NCBI GenBank assembly: GCA_020137815.1
Contig: CM035355.1
Span: forward strand, 6,014,001 to 6,078,000
Reading direction: 5' to 3'
Origin: Hormiphora californensis
Lineage: Eukaryota; Animalia; Ctenophora
Length of the DNA stretch: 64,000 bases
The notes under the pieces were generated by a model, which saw nothing but the letters and a program-made list of their open reading frames with translations, did not search any database and had not been told where the DNA came from. Shown here piece after piece: positions 53,226 through 64,000 of this stretch; within the stretch, counting starts at the first letter, position 1; each line of letters starts with the position of its first letter. Made by a program: the position numbers and the translations under genes.

Positions 53226-54093
53226 TAGAAGTGGAAGAGTACTGTAATCTCACAACATCACTGTCATTTATCTGTGGAGGGAATTGTCGTCAGAAAGTGT
53301 GAACTAATGACTAAGAAAATTCCAAAACCAATCCCGTTAAACAGAACGGATTGAGTAGTGAGTAGTGACATTGAAATGTCCAAACAGTAACAAAATTGGG
53401 GATAAATAGCTTTTTCATACATTTATGGGTTCGTATCAAAGGGGGATAAATTTTGCTGATGATCTTAACAAAACAATGAACATCTCGTAGAATATAATTG
53501 TAGGAAAACAGAAATTATCAGTGTTAAAATCAGGCACGGCGCTAGACCTTTGGCCCAGCAAGTGCCTAGGTGTCAGTGGCCAGAGGCGACAGCTCCCTGC
53601 TCCGGTCGAGTCAGGGAACAGGGGCATTTTTCTTAACGTCTTTTCGGCTTGGTTGTCCTACGCACGCCGTCCCTGGTTAAAATCTGAGCAGGCAGCAAAA
53701 TACCACATCTGGATAGGTCACACGACAGGAGACAAAACGTCAGAACCGTAGTTCAACGTCAGACGGTTCACGGTCATTTTTAATTTCTAGGTCTGGGTCT
53801 CTTTGCAAAAACCGGGGTTCTCACATTTTTGAGAGAACCAAAAAATCGAAACTGTCAACGACGCGCACGCCGAATATTACATTTTATGCGCGGCGTTGTG
53901 TCTGCGTTGTATTTGAGTTTTATTTGCGCGTGAAAAAGACCAATTTGATACTTTTGCTGAATTCTGAAGATACATGTACAACAATCAATTACTTATTACA
54001 GTTACAAATGAAAGGGAATGGAAATCCACATAAATTTACACAGTATAAACTTAAACAGCTCTCTCTCTCTTAATATCCAATTCCATACAATTG

Positions 54094-54366
54094 AGTCAGT
54101 CAATCAGTCAATCAGTCAGTCAGTCTGTCAATCAGTCAGTCAGTCAGTCAGTCAGTCAGTCAGTCAGTCAGTCAGTCAGTCAGTCAGTCAGTCAGTCAGT
54201 CAGTCAGTCAGTCAGTCAGTCAGTCAGTCAGTCAGTCAGTCAGTCAGTCAGTCAGTCAGTCAGTCAGTCAGTCAGTCAGTCAGTCAGTCAGTCAGTCAGT
54301 CAGTCAGTCAGTCAGTCAGTCAGTCAGTCAGTCAGTCAGTCAGTCAGTCAGTCAGTGACTCAGTCA
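54094..54366. repeat. (CAGT)n microsatellite
   Basis: About 65 units, directly visible. Confidence 0.97.
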
Positions 54367-55270
54367 TATCATGCTAAAATAAGGCACAGAGCTGCCAAGT
54401 GGCCAAGTGCACGAGCCTGGATGGCAGAGGTGAAGAAAACCCCTCGATCTATCATTGGAGATCACCTAAACAGACTGATCCTACCAGGCTCCTGGCTCAA
54501 CAGTCATCACCATCACAATTTTTAGGCTCTCCGAAACACATTTTAACAAATTATAGTAGGTAGTGTCGATAGTCTCTCCTTGTAGGGTACAGTACTATGA
54601 CACCTACTCATTAATCTCATATGTTCATACTTTATATATTAGGATTGTTCAGATGCGTGTTAGCGCCAGTTCGGCGGAGTCAAATTGTAGCCTTTTAGTT
54701 ACGCAAACATCACTTGCAGGATCGGTTGTGATTGTGATTGGGCCCATTAAAACCCATGAAGACCCATTTTCTGCAAGTGATGGTGCAAGTTGTACCAGTC
54801 ACAAGAGGAGTGAACCATCGAGAGAGTTAGAGAGAGCGCCTTGAGTTGAGAGAGTGAGACAAAGTTCAATCAACAAGACCGCTATCATAATATTGTGATT
54901 TGTAAGTGGGAAACCGTGAGATATAACCAGTATCGTTGCGATTTCAATCCAGTTCACGATGTAACCAAATCTCTTGTGTTTGACAATTGACTTCTCAACC
55001 CACCTAAATCCTGTGTGTTTGACCTCTGGTCCCTGACCCCAAAACTACAACTACCTACACCATCATACCAAGAACCCCCATACCCAAGTGGAGTGCACAA
55101 CTGGCGACCCCGGACTCTCTAACAAGTTAAGTATTAGTAGTTGGTAGTTCTTATTATAGCTCCTAATTGCCTACAAACTCCTGTGATTTGATAGATTTAT
55201 AGAATCAGATACTCAGTTCCATTCCCCGTTTCAGATATGCACCAGCTCCAAGACACAGACCTGATAGTTC

Positions 55271-56293
55271 GTGCCCCCTACCGGTCAACCAATGGACACT
55301 CCTCCGTGCCATCCTATCAGCGAAGAGGACAGAACAAAACACAATTCGGTGCTCAAGGAACTATCAAAAGAGCAGAAAGAAGCTGTAGCGCTCTTACTCC
55401 AGCAGCAGATGGAGACGACCAGAAGACTACAGCAGAGGGAAGTCAAACCAGAGCAAACCAGAACAACATTAGCGAAACGACCAACAACATTCGAACTTGA
55501 TGACATGGAGATCGAGCGATACATCCAAAGGTTCGAGGATTTCCTGATCCCCAGCAGAACGTATACCGACGACGAGAAGATACGTGCCTTCGCGTCTTAC
55601 TTGCCCGACAAAGTGAACTCCAGACTTGAACAGGATGAACGGATCAAACACAGATTGGTCGACTGGGAAACCTTTAAAGACAAAGTCAAGAGGTGCGTCC
55701 ATGCCATGGAAAAGGAAACGGGATTACAAGCACGAGCCAAGCTAAGAGAGAGGAAACAACAGAGAACAGAGTCGCTCCGAGATTTCGCCGACGAACTCGT
55801 AAAACTGTCCAAGAAAGCGTGGCCTAAAGAAGAGAAAACAGACACGAGGAAAGCTATGCTCAAAGATGCCCTAGCGTTTGGAGCACGAAGGGATGAAGTC
55901 ACAATTTACATCCTCCAAAATGCTGACTTGATGACGTTCCAAGAGCTCATCGAAAAGGCTGACGTCCTAGATACCAGCTACCGAGCCATGATGGAGATGA
56001 AGGCGAGGGGAGAAGAAGAAGTGACCGTCCTGAGAACTAGTGATTGGGATCCAGCCAACCGAGCAAACAATCAGCAACCAGCGCAGCAACAGCAGAACCT
56101 GTACCAGCAAGCACCTATGAACAACAACTTCTACGGTAGGGGCACGAACGGATGGAATCAACACGGAGTCGGAGCCGGAGGATGGATGAACCACATCGTG
56201 TGTTGGAATTGCGAACGTCCCCGGACACAAGGCCGCTGACTGCTACGAGAGAACGAATGACGCAACGAATCGGTACGATCACTCACAATCTTA
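55271..56293 (+). CDS. gag: Gag-like protein with a frameshifted CCHC zinc knuckle
   Basis: IERYIQRFE, RKQQRTESLRDFADEL (major-homology-like region). Removing one C at ~56220 gives CWNCERPGHKAADC and a stop at ~56293. First in-frame ATG is at 55292. Confidence 0.85.
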
Positions 56294-56624
56294 GCCACAC
56301 CCACCCACAAATAGACTAGGTTACATTCCTTATAGTAACAGTAACGGTCAGGAGTGCCAAGAAACTAGATAGACCCTCTTTTGGTGGGAGGGAGGATGTT
56401 GTTTGGAGGAGCACAGTTGGACAGACCTCACGAACAACTTGTAGTGCATGAGACGGTGTCACGCTACAGTGTTCCAGAAACTTTTGGACTTCGAGAGTTG
56501 TCTATGGAAACAACTTAGTAATAATTTTCGCTCGCTTGACTGTGGACCCAGGATTCTCGGTGGTGAGGTCTAGTCAGGCAGAAGGGAGGATGGTGCAGGT
56601 GGTTGGTGATCAAAGAGGTTAAGT

Positions 56625-57085
56625 TTGTTCCAGAGTTCCCTTGTTCCCGAGTTAGTTGGTTCCAGTGACCCCTGTTCCTGCGGTAGTTGGTTCCAGTGAC
56701 CCCTGTTCCTGCGGTAGTTGGTTCCAGTGACCCCTGTTCCTGCGGTAGTTTGTTCCAGTGACCCCTGTTCCTGCGGTAGTTGGTTCCAGTGACCCCTGTT
56801 CCTGCGGTGGTTGGTTCCAGTGACCCCTGTTCCTGCGGTAGTCGGTTCCAGTGACCCCTGTTCCTGCGGTGGTTGGTTCCAGTGACCCCTGTTCCTGCGG
56901 TAGTTGGTTCCAGTGACCCCTGTTCCTGCGGTAGTTTGTTCCAGTGACCCCTGTTCCTGCGGGAGTTGGTTCCAGTGACCCCTGTTCCTGCGGTAGTCGG
57001 TTCCAGTGACCCCTGTTCCTGCGGTAGTTGGTTCCAGATTACCCCTGTTCCGGCGGTGGTTGGTTCCAGATTACCCCTGTTCCAG
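56625..57085 (+). repeat. 31-bp tandem array (~14 copies) inside the retrotransposon
   Basis: Unit GGTTCCAGTGACCCCTGTTCCTGCGGTAGTT. Confidence 0.95.
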
Positions 57086-58169
57086 AGGTACAGTTTCAGG
57101 TCAATGATACATTTGGTCATCGGGAGAAGATTTGGAAGCGTGATAGACCTTAATGTTGCTTGGAATGTTAGCCTTCTCATCTGATCACAGCCATCCATAT
57201 CATTGTGCTAGAAAAATGTGAAAAAAAAGAGAAAAAACTGTAGCATGTTTTATTGGCAAGACATGTCGAAGAGTATGAGTAGAAATATCACAAATTCACT
57301 TGATCATATCTGAAAATTCATCATCACATCATAGTGTGTGAAATCCGGTATGATATGAACACTAATGATGAACTGTTATCGAACTGTAAGAATGCTCGAG
57401 CTGTTATTTTAATGATTGATGAAAAACCTGTAATGGTAGCGGTCTTTGTAAAACTTTGGGTCTCTTCGAGTGGGGTTGTAGAGTCTCGCGGTTGAGTCGA
57501 AATTAGTATAAACGGTATACTAATTGGTATGAATGGTTCACTGCTCTATTACTTTAGAAATTAGTTAGTATTTAGTTTTGATTAAGCCTTCCAGTTCTTT
57601 ACATCGATTACTTTGTAGAAGATTTTCGATTGTTGCAAGTAAGATGTGCGATTAGTAGCACCGCTATGAATGGTACACAAACAGTGTTTGCTCATTGGGT
57701 GAAACTGATATGTAACATCACACCTATTGGAGTTGACATGTCCTAGCATATTTCACAATTGTTTTTCCCAGCAAAATAATCGGTTATGTGCTGTGACATG
57801 GTCAGAACCCGCACATAACCATTGGTTCTGTTATAGTTAGCCAATGTAAATGTTCAGTGAATTTAGTTATGTATCTACTGTGACTGGTACCTAGGTATAC
57901 TTCTTTTAACTTTGCACCTGTAGCAGATATTTAGCAGCGAATGTGAGAGAGTGTGTAAGAGTGCGATATCGGTATGTGACTATTAGTTATGATATACATG
58001 TTCCAAGGACATGATTCGCTTGAAACTAGGCATTTCTGAGAAAATGTAAGTAACAGTGAAAAGTGAAATGCCTGTCAGAGAGTGAACAATCAAAAAGTGA
58101 ACAGTCAGAAAGTGAACTGTCAGAGAAGGTACAAGTGAGAATTGAAATGTGACAATTGATAAGTGAAAC

Positions 58170-58318
58170 GATAAGTGAATTGAGGATTGAAAAGTGAATG
58201 GATAAGTGAATTGAGTATTGAAAAGTGAATGGATAAGTGAATTGAGTATTGAAAAGTGAATGGATAAGTGAATTGAGTATTGAAAAGTGAATGGATAAGT
58301 GAATTGATAAGTGAATTA
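58170..58318 (+). repeat. 31-bp tandem array (~4.5 copies) inside the retrotransposon
   Basis: Unit GATAAGTGAATTGAGTATTGAAAAGTGAATG. Confidence 0.9.
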
Positions 58319-60227
58319 TGAGAAATGAGAAAGGAATTGTGTGGCCACTAGCCTAAAACTATAGTAATTTGTAAATATTATGGGACAACTGATCCACCCT
58401 CAACTGTGCACAAATTTTCCCCAGTTGCCCCCTCCCTCTTTTGATTGTGACTCGCAATACAGTAAGGTTGTGAGAGTTACACCGATATGTGACTAGCATT
58501 TTGATATTGTAAGAGTATGCACCGATATGTGACTCACAATGTATGAGATTGTGAGGGTACGCACCGCTATATATGTGAGATTGTGAGAGTAATCATGTGA
58601 GTTTTAGTAGTTTAGTGTTCTTCCTGATAAGTGGTCAATTTGTGGTCATCATATGTGGATTAGGTGGACTACACTCCTAATTTAACCAACTTCCTGAACT
58701 ATGACTATGGACTATCTAACATCTACAATGTTCAACTTTGTTGCTGCTGGACCTTGACCTGAAGTGATTAGCAGTTGCTGTGCAGTACAATGGCCCAGTA
58801 TACCATCGTCATCCTACAGAAATAGTGGATCCCCTAAGGGTAATGAGGAACTGTCCCAAATGATGACCCGTCTCAGACCTGTAGAAAGCGGAATACCACT
58901 TGGAGAGAGCTACACTCCTTCTGAGGAAACTTTTTGACCTCATCCTAAGAACCCCCAAACTCTGATGTGATACCACATTGACCGACTTAGAAAGATCCTT
59001 TTCAGCTACTCGGCCAAGTTAATATTATATGTTTATTGTTAAGGTTACATCGGGAGTTCATGTAAGAAAGGGAGAGTGAGAGAGATGTTAGTTTGTAAAT
59101 TGTTCGTTTTTGAAAAGTGAGTGAGTAAGAATAATTTGTTAGTTTGTTTGTGTCTGAAGAGGGGGAGTCAATAAGCATGAGCAACTCTGTTTGTTGGCTT
59201 TTTCCTTTGAGTAGTGTGGTGAGAGGAGGAGGAACTGGTCATCGACGCAGCTCTGATCAGTTGTCTCCTCCATGAACGTTGTTTGTGTCTGAAGAGGGGG
59301 AGACAATGAGCATGCTCAATTCTGTTTGTTGTCTCTTTCCTGTGAGTAGTGCGGTGAGAGGAGGAGGAACTGGTTAATGCCGCAGTTCTGATCAGTAATT
59401 GTCTCCTCCATGAGCGTTGTTTGTTGTGAGAAAGCAAGACACTTTATCGAATCGTTTGAGGGATGTAACTGACGAGTTACACTCTCCTTGAATGAGGAAC
59501 ATAGAGTAACTTTTTGTGTTGATTGAATAGTTTGAGAGGATGCACCCGATTTTCAGTTTAGGCCTACTGACGGGTTGCATTAACAATTACTGTGATAGTG
59601 TTTGAATGATGAAGATAGAGTAACCGTTTTTATACTTAGTACCCGGAGTAAGGGTTGTAGTACTGGCTTTCCACAGGAGAGGGTGGATGTAGGGTACAGT
59701 ACTATGACACCTACTCATTAATATCATATGTGCATACTTTATATATTAGGATTGTTTAGATGCGTGTTAGCGCCAGTTCGGCGGAGTCAAGTTGTAGCCT
59801 TTTAGTTACGCAAACATCACTTGTAGGATCGGTTGTGATTGTGATTGGGCCCATTAAAACCCATGAAGACCCATTTTCTGCAAGTGATGGTGCAAGTTGT
59901 ACCAGTCACAAGAGGAGTGAACCATCGAGAGAGTTAGAGAGAGCGCCTGGAGTTGAGAGAGTGAGACAAAGTTCAATCAACAAGACCGCTATCATAATAT
60001 TTAGATAACTGGGAAATTGGGAAACATGTTGTATCTTGTTTGACAATTGACTTCTCAACCCACCTAAATCCTGTGTGTTTGACCTCTGGTCCCTGACCCC
60101 AAAACTACAACTACCTACACCATCATACCAAGAACCCCCATACCCAAGTGGAGTGCACATCCTTATATTAGGGATTCCAATTACCATTCTCTAGTGACTC
60201 AAGTGACTATAATTTAAGTGACTAGTT

Positions 60228-62480
60228 TTAATTTGACGCTACTACGGATTTAGGTTTAGCTAGTTTTTGTTTCCCGCCCAGTGTCACTCTCAGTTTTCTA
60301 ACAGCAGCTAGGTGGATGATGGGGTTCGTTGTAGCAGAGAGGAGAATCATCACGTAGGATACCACTATCAGGTTCATATACCCTGGAGAGAGGAGATGTA
60401 TGCATGTGTTAGTAGGTGTGTTTAGCGAGTTTAGGATCGATCAGGGAAGAATAATGTCTACGAGACGTGTGTGTAGTACAAAACCACAATGAGGTTTCTA
60501 GAACCTGATTAAGTTTAGAAAATGTCTACCACTGTTCTTACCGGTGTGATCGAGCCCGATCGTGTCCATAAAGTATGACGAGGGTTCTGTAGCGTTGTTG
60601 TTTTGCCCAGATTGGAAGAGGTAGGTGAAGAGAAAGTCAAAACTAAGACCCCACCAACACAGATAACAGAGGCAAAATACCCACACCTAGGAAATGTATA
60701 GGTAGTAGGAAATGTATAGGTAGAAAGTGATGATACAGCAGTTGGAAATTATAGTTCACTCTTTGTTGAGTAAAATTTGAGTACAAATTATTCCGGGATA
60801 CCCCTACTACTAACCAGTATCAATGTAGCTAGAGCCGAAATAAGAAGTTGCCGTGTTTTAGTATCAATTTTAATGGACTTCTTGGCTACTGCCTTGTTGA
60901 TAAGACCCCAATATGTTCCCCTCCTCTTGCCACCATGGTGATTAGCACCGTCACCATGGTTACCATCGTTGTGATGGGGTTGTAATTGTTGGTGAGTTCC
61001 AGCACCCCTCTTTGTCATCTTTCTTCTCGCCTGGTGAAGGAAGAATATAAGTTGATTCTATAGTTCTTAGCTTTGATAGATAAGGAATTAGACTTTCTCC
61101 CGGACCCAGCACGTAGTACGCACCCTATATTTCAGAAGTTCAAACAATAAACCCGACAGGTGACAAATTCAGACAAAAGAACCTACCATGAATCTTAGTC
61201 GGATGTACCCGTACAGTATCACAAGATAGAGCAAGAGAACTGCCACTCCAGGGATGGCGAAGGGCATGATCATGAATAGAACATGGGACACTATCAGGAC
61301 TTGGACGTTTCGTGTTAGCTGCGGGACGCGGGTAGGGAAATCAGTATCAGTATCAGTCGGACACGTTTGTATCAAATTAAGTACTAATTAAATTAAATTA
61401 ATAATTAATTTAAATAAATTACTATTGATAAGTTTTTACCTGGTGAAGTGACCAGTTGCACAAAGCTACGTGCGTTAGGTAGTGGTAAGTAACGCCCTTG
61501 AAGTAGGGCATTATCGAGATCAGGATATTGACAACCCAAACACCACCTAATATGGAAGAGGTTGTTGTTTTAACCATATATGGTCATATAACGTGACCCA
61601 CCATATAAGGGCATGATAACATACTCACCTAACACGCAGTAAAGAACTGAACGGTTGCCTGTGATCCGGTGGTACTTAAAGGGAAACTGTATGGCGATCA
61701 TACGGGTAGCAGAGATTAGAAGGACGATGATGATGCTTACCCTTACCGTCACACTGAACACGATTCCTGTGAAACATGGAGTAACATAACTAGTGATATT
61801 TTGTTAATTTGTGAAACAGGAGGAGGGAAAATTAGGAAAAAGCAATTTGCCAACCTTCGACGAAACCCACGGCCCCACCATTGAAATTTATGAAGATCTT
61901 GTTTTTATCATTAATTTTTCATTAGGATTTAGGAAGAAAACACAACTATCCCCCGGCCCCACAAGTAAAGTTTATTAAAATGATCTCAATTACATTACTT
62001 CTTACCTACGATATTACAGAGAAAGGCAGCGGGGACACTGCTTGTTGAGAACTTCCTTCCATTTACCAGGGTTATCGCAGATAGGGACATGGGCAGAACG
62101 GTGTAGAGCAGGTCACTAACAGATAAACTGAGGGTGTATTTGTTGAGTAACTGGGGTGGGAAAATGTTAACAAGGTTGGGACAATTATGGACGTTATTTA
62201 CATGATTTAGTGAGACCAATGTCGTCTAAATGTTAGTACGGAGGTCTGAGAGCAATCAGTAGTAAAACTCAGCACGAACGACTACAAATTACAAGTTGAA
62301 ACCTACCATAAGATGAGAATCAAGGTTGGATTTGCTTTATTCTGTTTCCGTCCCCTCAGGAGGATCACAGTTCTCATTAGTTTGATGTTAAGTAGGACTG
62401 ATGTCACGATAAGAACGAATATCACCACACTAACCACCTCATCAAAAACATCACCCTCTCCTCCGTGAAACTTCCACGGC
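60228..62480 (-). CDS. Multi-exon rhodopsin-class GPCR; first exon not identified
   Basis: Exons give TM1 (VTSVLLN), TM2 (SLSVSDLL), TM3 (ISATRMIAIQFPF), TM5 (MPFAIP), TM6 (FCLCYLCW) and TM7 (TNPIIH), with stop TAA at 60228-60230. Confidence 0.85.
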
Positions 62481-63099
62481 TGAAATGGAGGTGGTGGTTA
62501 GCGGTGAGACTTGCCCGATAAATGGAGCTTGAGCATCGACTAGTTAGGTATCGATGCAAGTTTTAATGAAAACAGCAGAGGATTACACTCCCAAGCCGAG
62601 TAGAGGAGCTAGTTGTGAAAATAGTTTAAGAATTAGCAAAATCATGACAAATAGCACAGCAGAGAGACAACCCAACCCTCAGCCTCACTCAAAATGAGAG
62701 GAGTTGTAAGGGGTACTCAACAAGAGAGGAGGGTCTTGTATTGTGTATAACATTGTGTGTACTATAATACTGTGGTACGCACATAAGACAGCTCAACCCC
62801 CATCTAATATCGATTGCCTAACGACGCCCACCTTTTCAGTTTCTAAAACATATTCTAGACTATCTACTATAGAGTATCTAGTGTCTAGCTAGATACAGTA
62901 TCTAGTTAGCACCTTTTTCTTAGAAAGTATGGCCATGATTTGTCACAGAATAGAAATCGATAACTACAGATATATCACATATATAACAGAGGAAATAGGA
63001 AAGGATGGTTTTTTGTAGAGAACTTATGGGAAAGAAAATCGGCTGATTTATATGTCGTTCGTTGTGTAACTTTTAACCGCAATGGTATCGTTTACACCA

Positions 63100-63360
63100 A
63101 AGAGACAGATAGATAGATAGATGGCGAGGAAGAAGAGGAGAGAGATAGGGATAGAGAGATAGACAGATAGACAGATAGATAGATGGCTAGGAAGAGGAGG
63201 AGATAGATAGATAGATGGCTAGACAGATAGATAGATAGATGGCTAGGAAGAGGAGGAGAGAGATAGGGATAGAGAGGGAGACATATAGATAGATAGATAG
63301 ACAGGGCGAGAAGGAGAGATAGAGAAGAGATAGAGGGATGAGAGGCCTATAGAGGGAGAC
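63100..63360. repeat. (GATA)/(GA)-rich low-complexity repeat
   Basis: Directly visible. Confidence 0.85.
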
Positions 63361-64000
63361 AGCTCATCAGGAAGACAGCTCATCAGGAAAAGGTTGTGGT
63401 GAAATTAGTACTACAACTATGCGAATACTACTAGGCTACTGACTACTCTTTATTATAGATATTCGGATATAGATATCCTAAAATATGGAAATTTTAGGGA
63501 GCTCCACATTCACAAGAGAACAATAAAACAAAAAACGTATAGAAACCTACCATTTTAAGTCAAGATTGAAGTTTGACGGTTCGAGTATTATGAACGAAGA
63601 GGATCTAGTTTGACTTTGAGTTCAAGGCAAAGTTACGTGTACCACATTACAAAGTACTGTTAAAAGGTCATTACTGTTCTATAGGTCATTATATTTATAG
63701 AAATTCTAATTCTCTCTTTTTATCTCTCCTATAGAAACTCTAATTCTCTCTCTTTATCTCTCCTATAGAAACTCTAATTCTCTCTCTTTATCTCTCCATC
63801 TATTCCTTTCTCTCACTATATAGTACTCATCTTCAATAAGCTTTCAAGTGCTACTATTATATTGCGAGAGAATGAAGTAGATAATAGAGCTCTATAGTTG
63901 GATTGAAAAAGAACTAATGCTAGGAGTTTAATAGTGACGTAGAGAGGTCTAAAAATTTAATGCATCGATCAGCAAGTCATATATGTAGTTCAACATTGAG

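Larger units (their letters stand above)
54581..60159 (+). mobile_element. Full-length non-autonomous (gag-only) LTR retrotransposon, Gypsy-like
   Basis: LTRs 54581-55099 and 59688-60159 (TG...CA), 4-bp TSD TCCT, PBS TGGCGACC at ~55102, PPT AGGAGAGGGTGGA before the 3' LTR. No pol ORF. Confidence 0.93.

Noticed and set aside
54018-54525. SQSV-repeat ORFs and other microsatellite ORFs (SLSL, RERE, TNKQ)
   Set aside because: Simple-repeat translations.
56515-57198. 227-aa antisense ORF in the retrotransposon
   Set aside because: Arises from the 31-bp tandem array, with no independent coding evidence.

Overview
Gene-dense, intron-rich eukaryotic genomic DNA from an animal. A ctenophore-like lineage is inferred from the small introns, nested antisense genes and divergent GPCRs, but this is not demonstrated. 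The plus strand carries the 3' part of ARFGEF3/BIG3 (to 8705) and a complete Tec/Btk-family kinase (PH-Btk motif-SH3-SH2-kinase, 10181-28991). The kinase introns hold two antisense nested genes (an SP-rich orphan with an HTH-like end, and a single-exon GPCR) and several MITEs. The minus strand carries six tightly packed co-directional genes, read in order KIAA0753/moonraker, RABL2, kelch/coiled-coil, CFAP206, kelch and DNAAF5. Four of these are cilia/basal-body genes, the spacers are 184-651 bp, and each gene has a 3' splice-acceptor-like site just before its ATG, which suggests a trans-spliced ciliary operon. After this come a gag-only LTR retrotransposon (54581-60159) and a multi-exon GPCR. 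Recurrent oddities are tandem repeats that duplicate splice junctions, arrays of X-box-like palindromes, and duplicated exons differing only at synonymous sites. Several stretches (~120-1320, ~13830-15000, ~17260-18240) look like low-quality consensus, so some frameshifts and duplications may be assembly artefacts. Exon coordinates were read by eye and may be off by a few bases.
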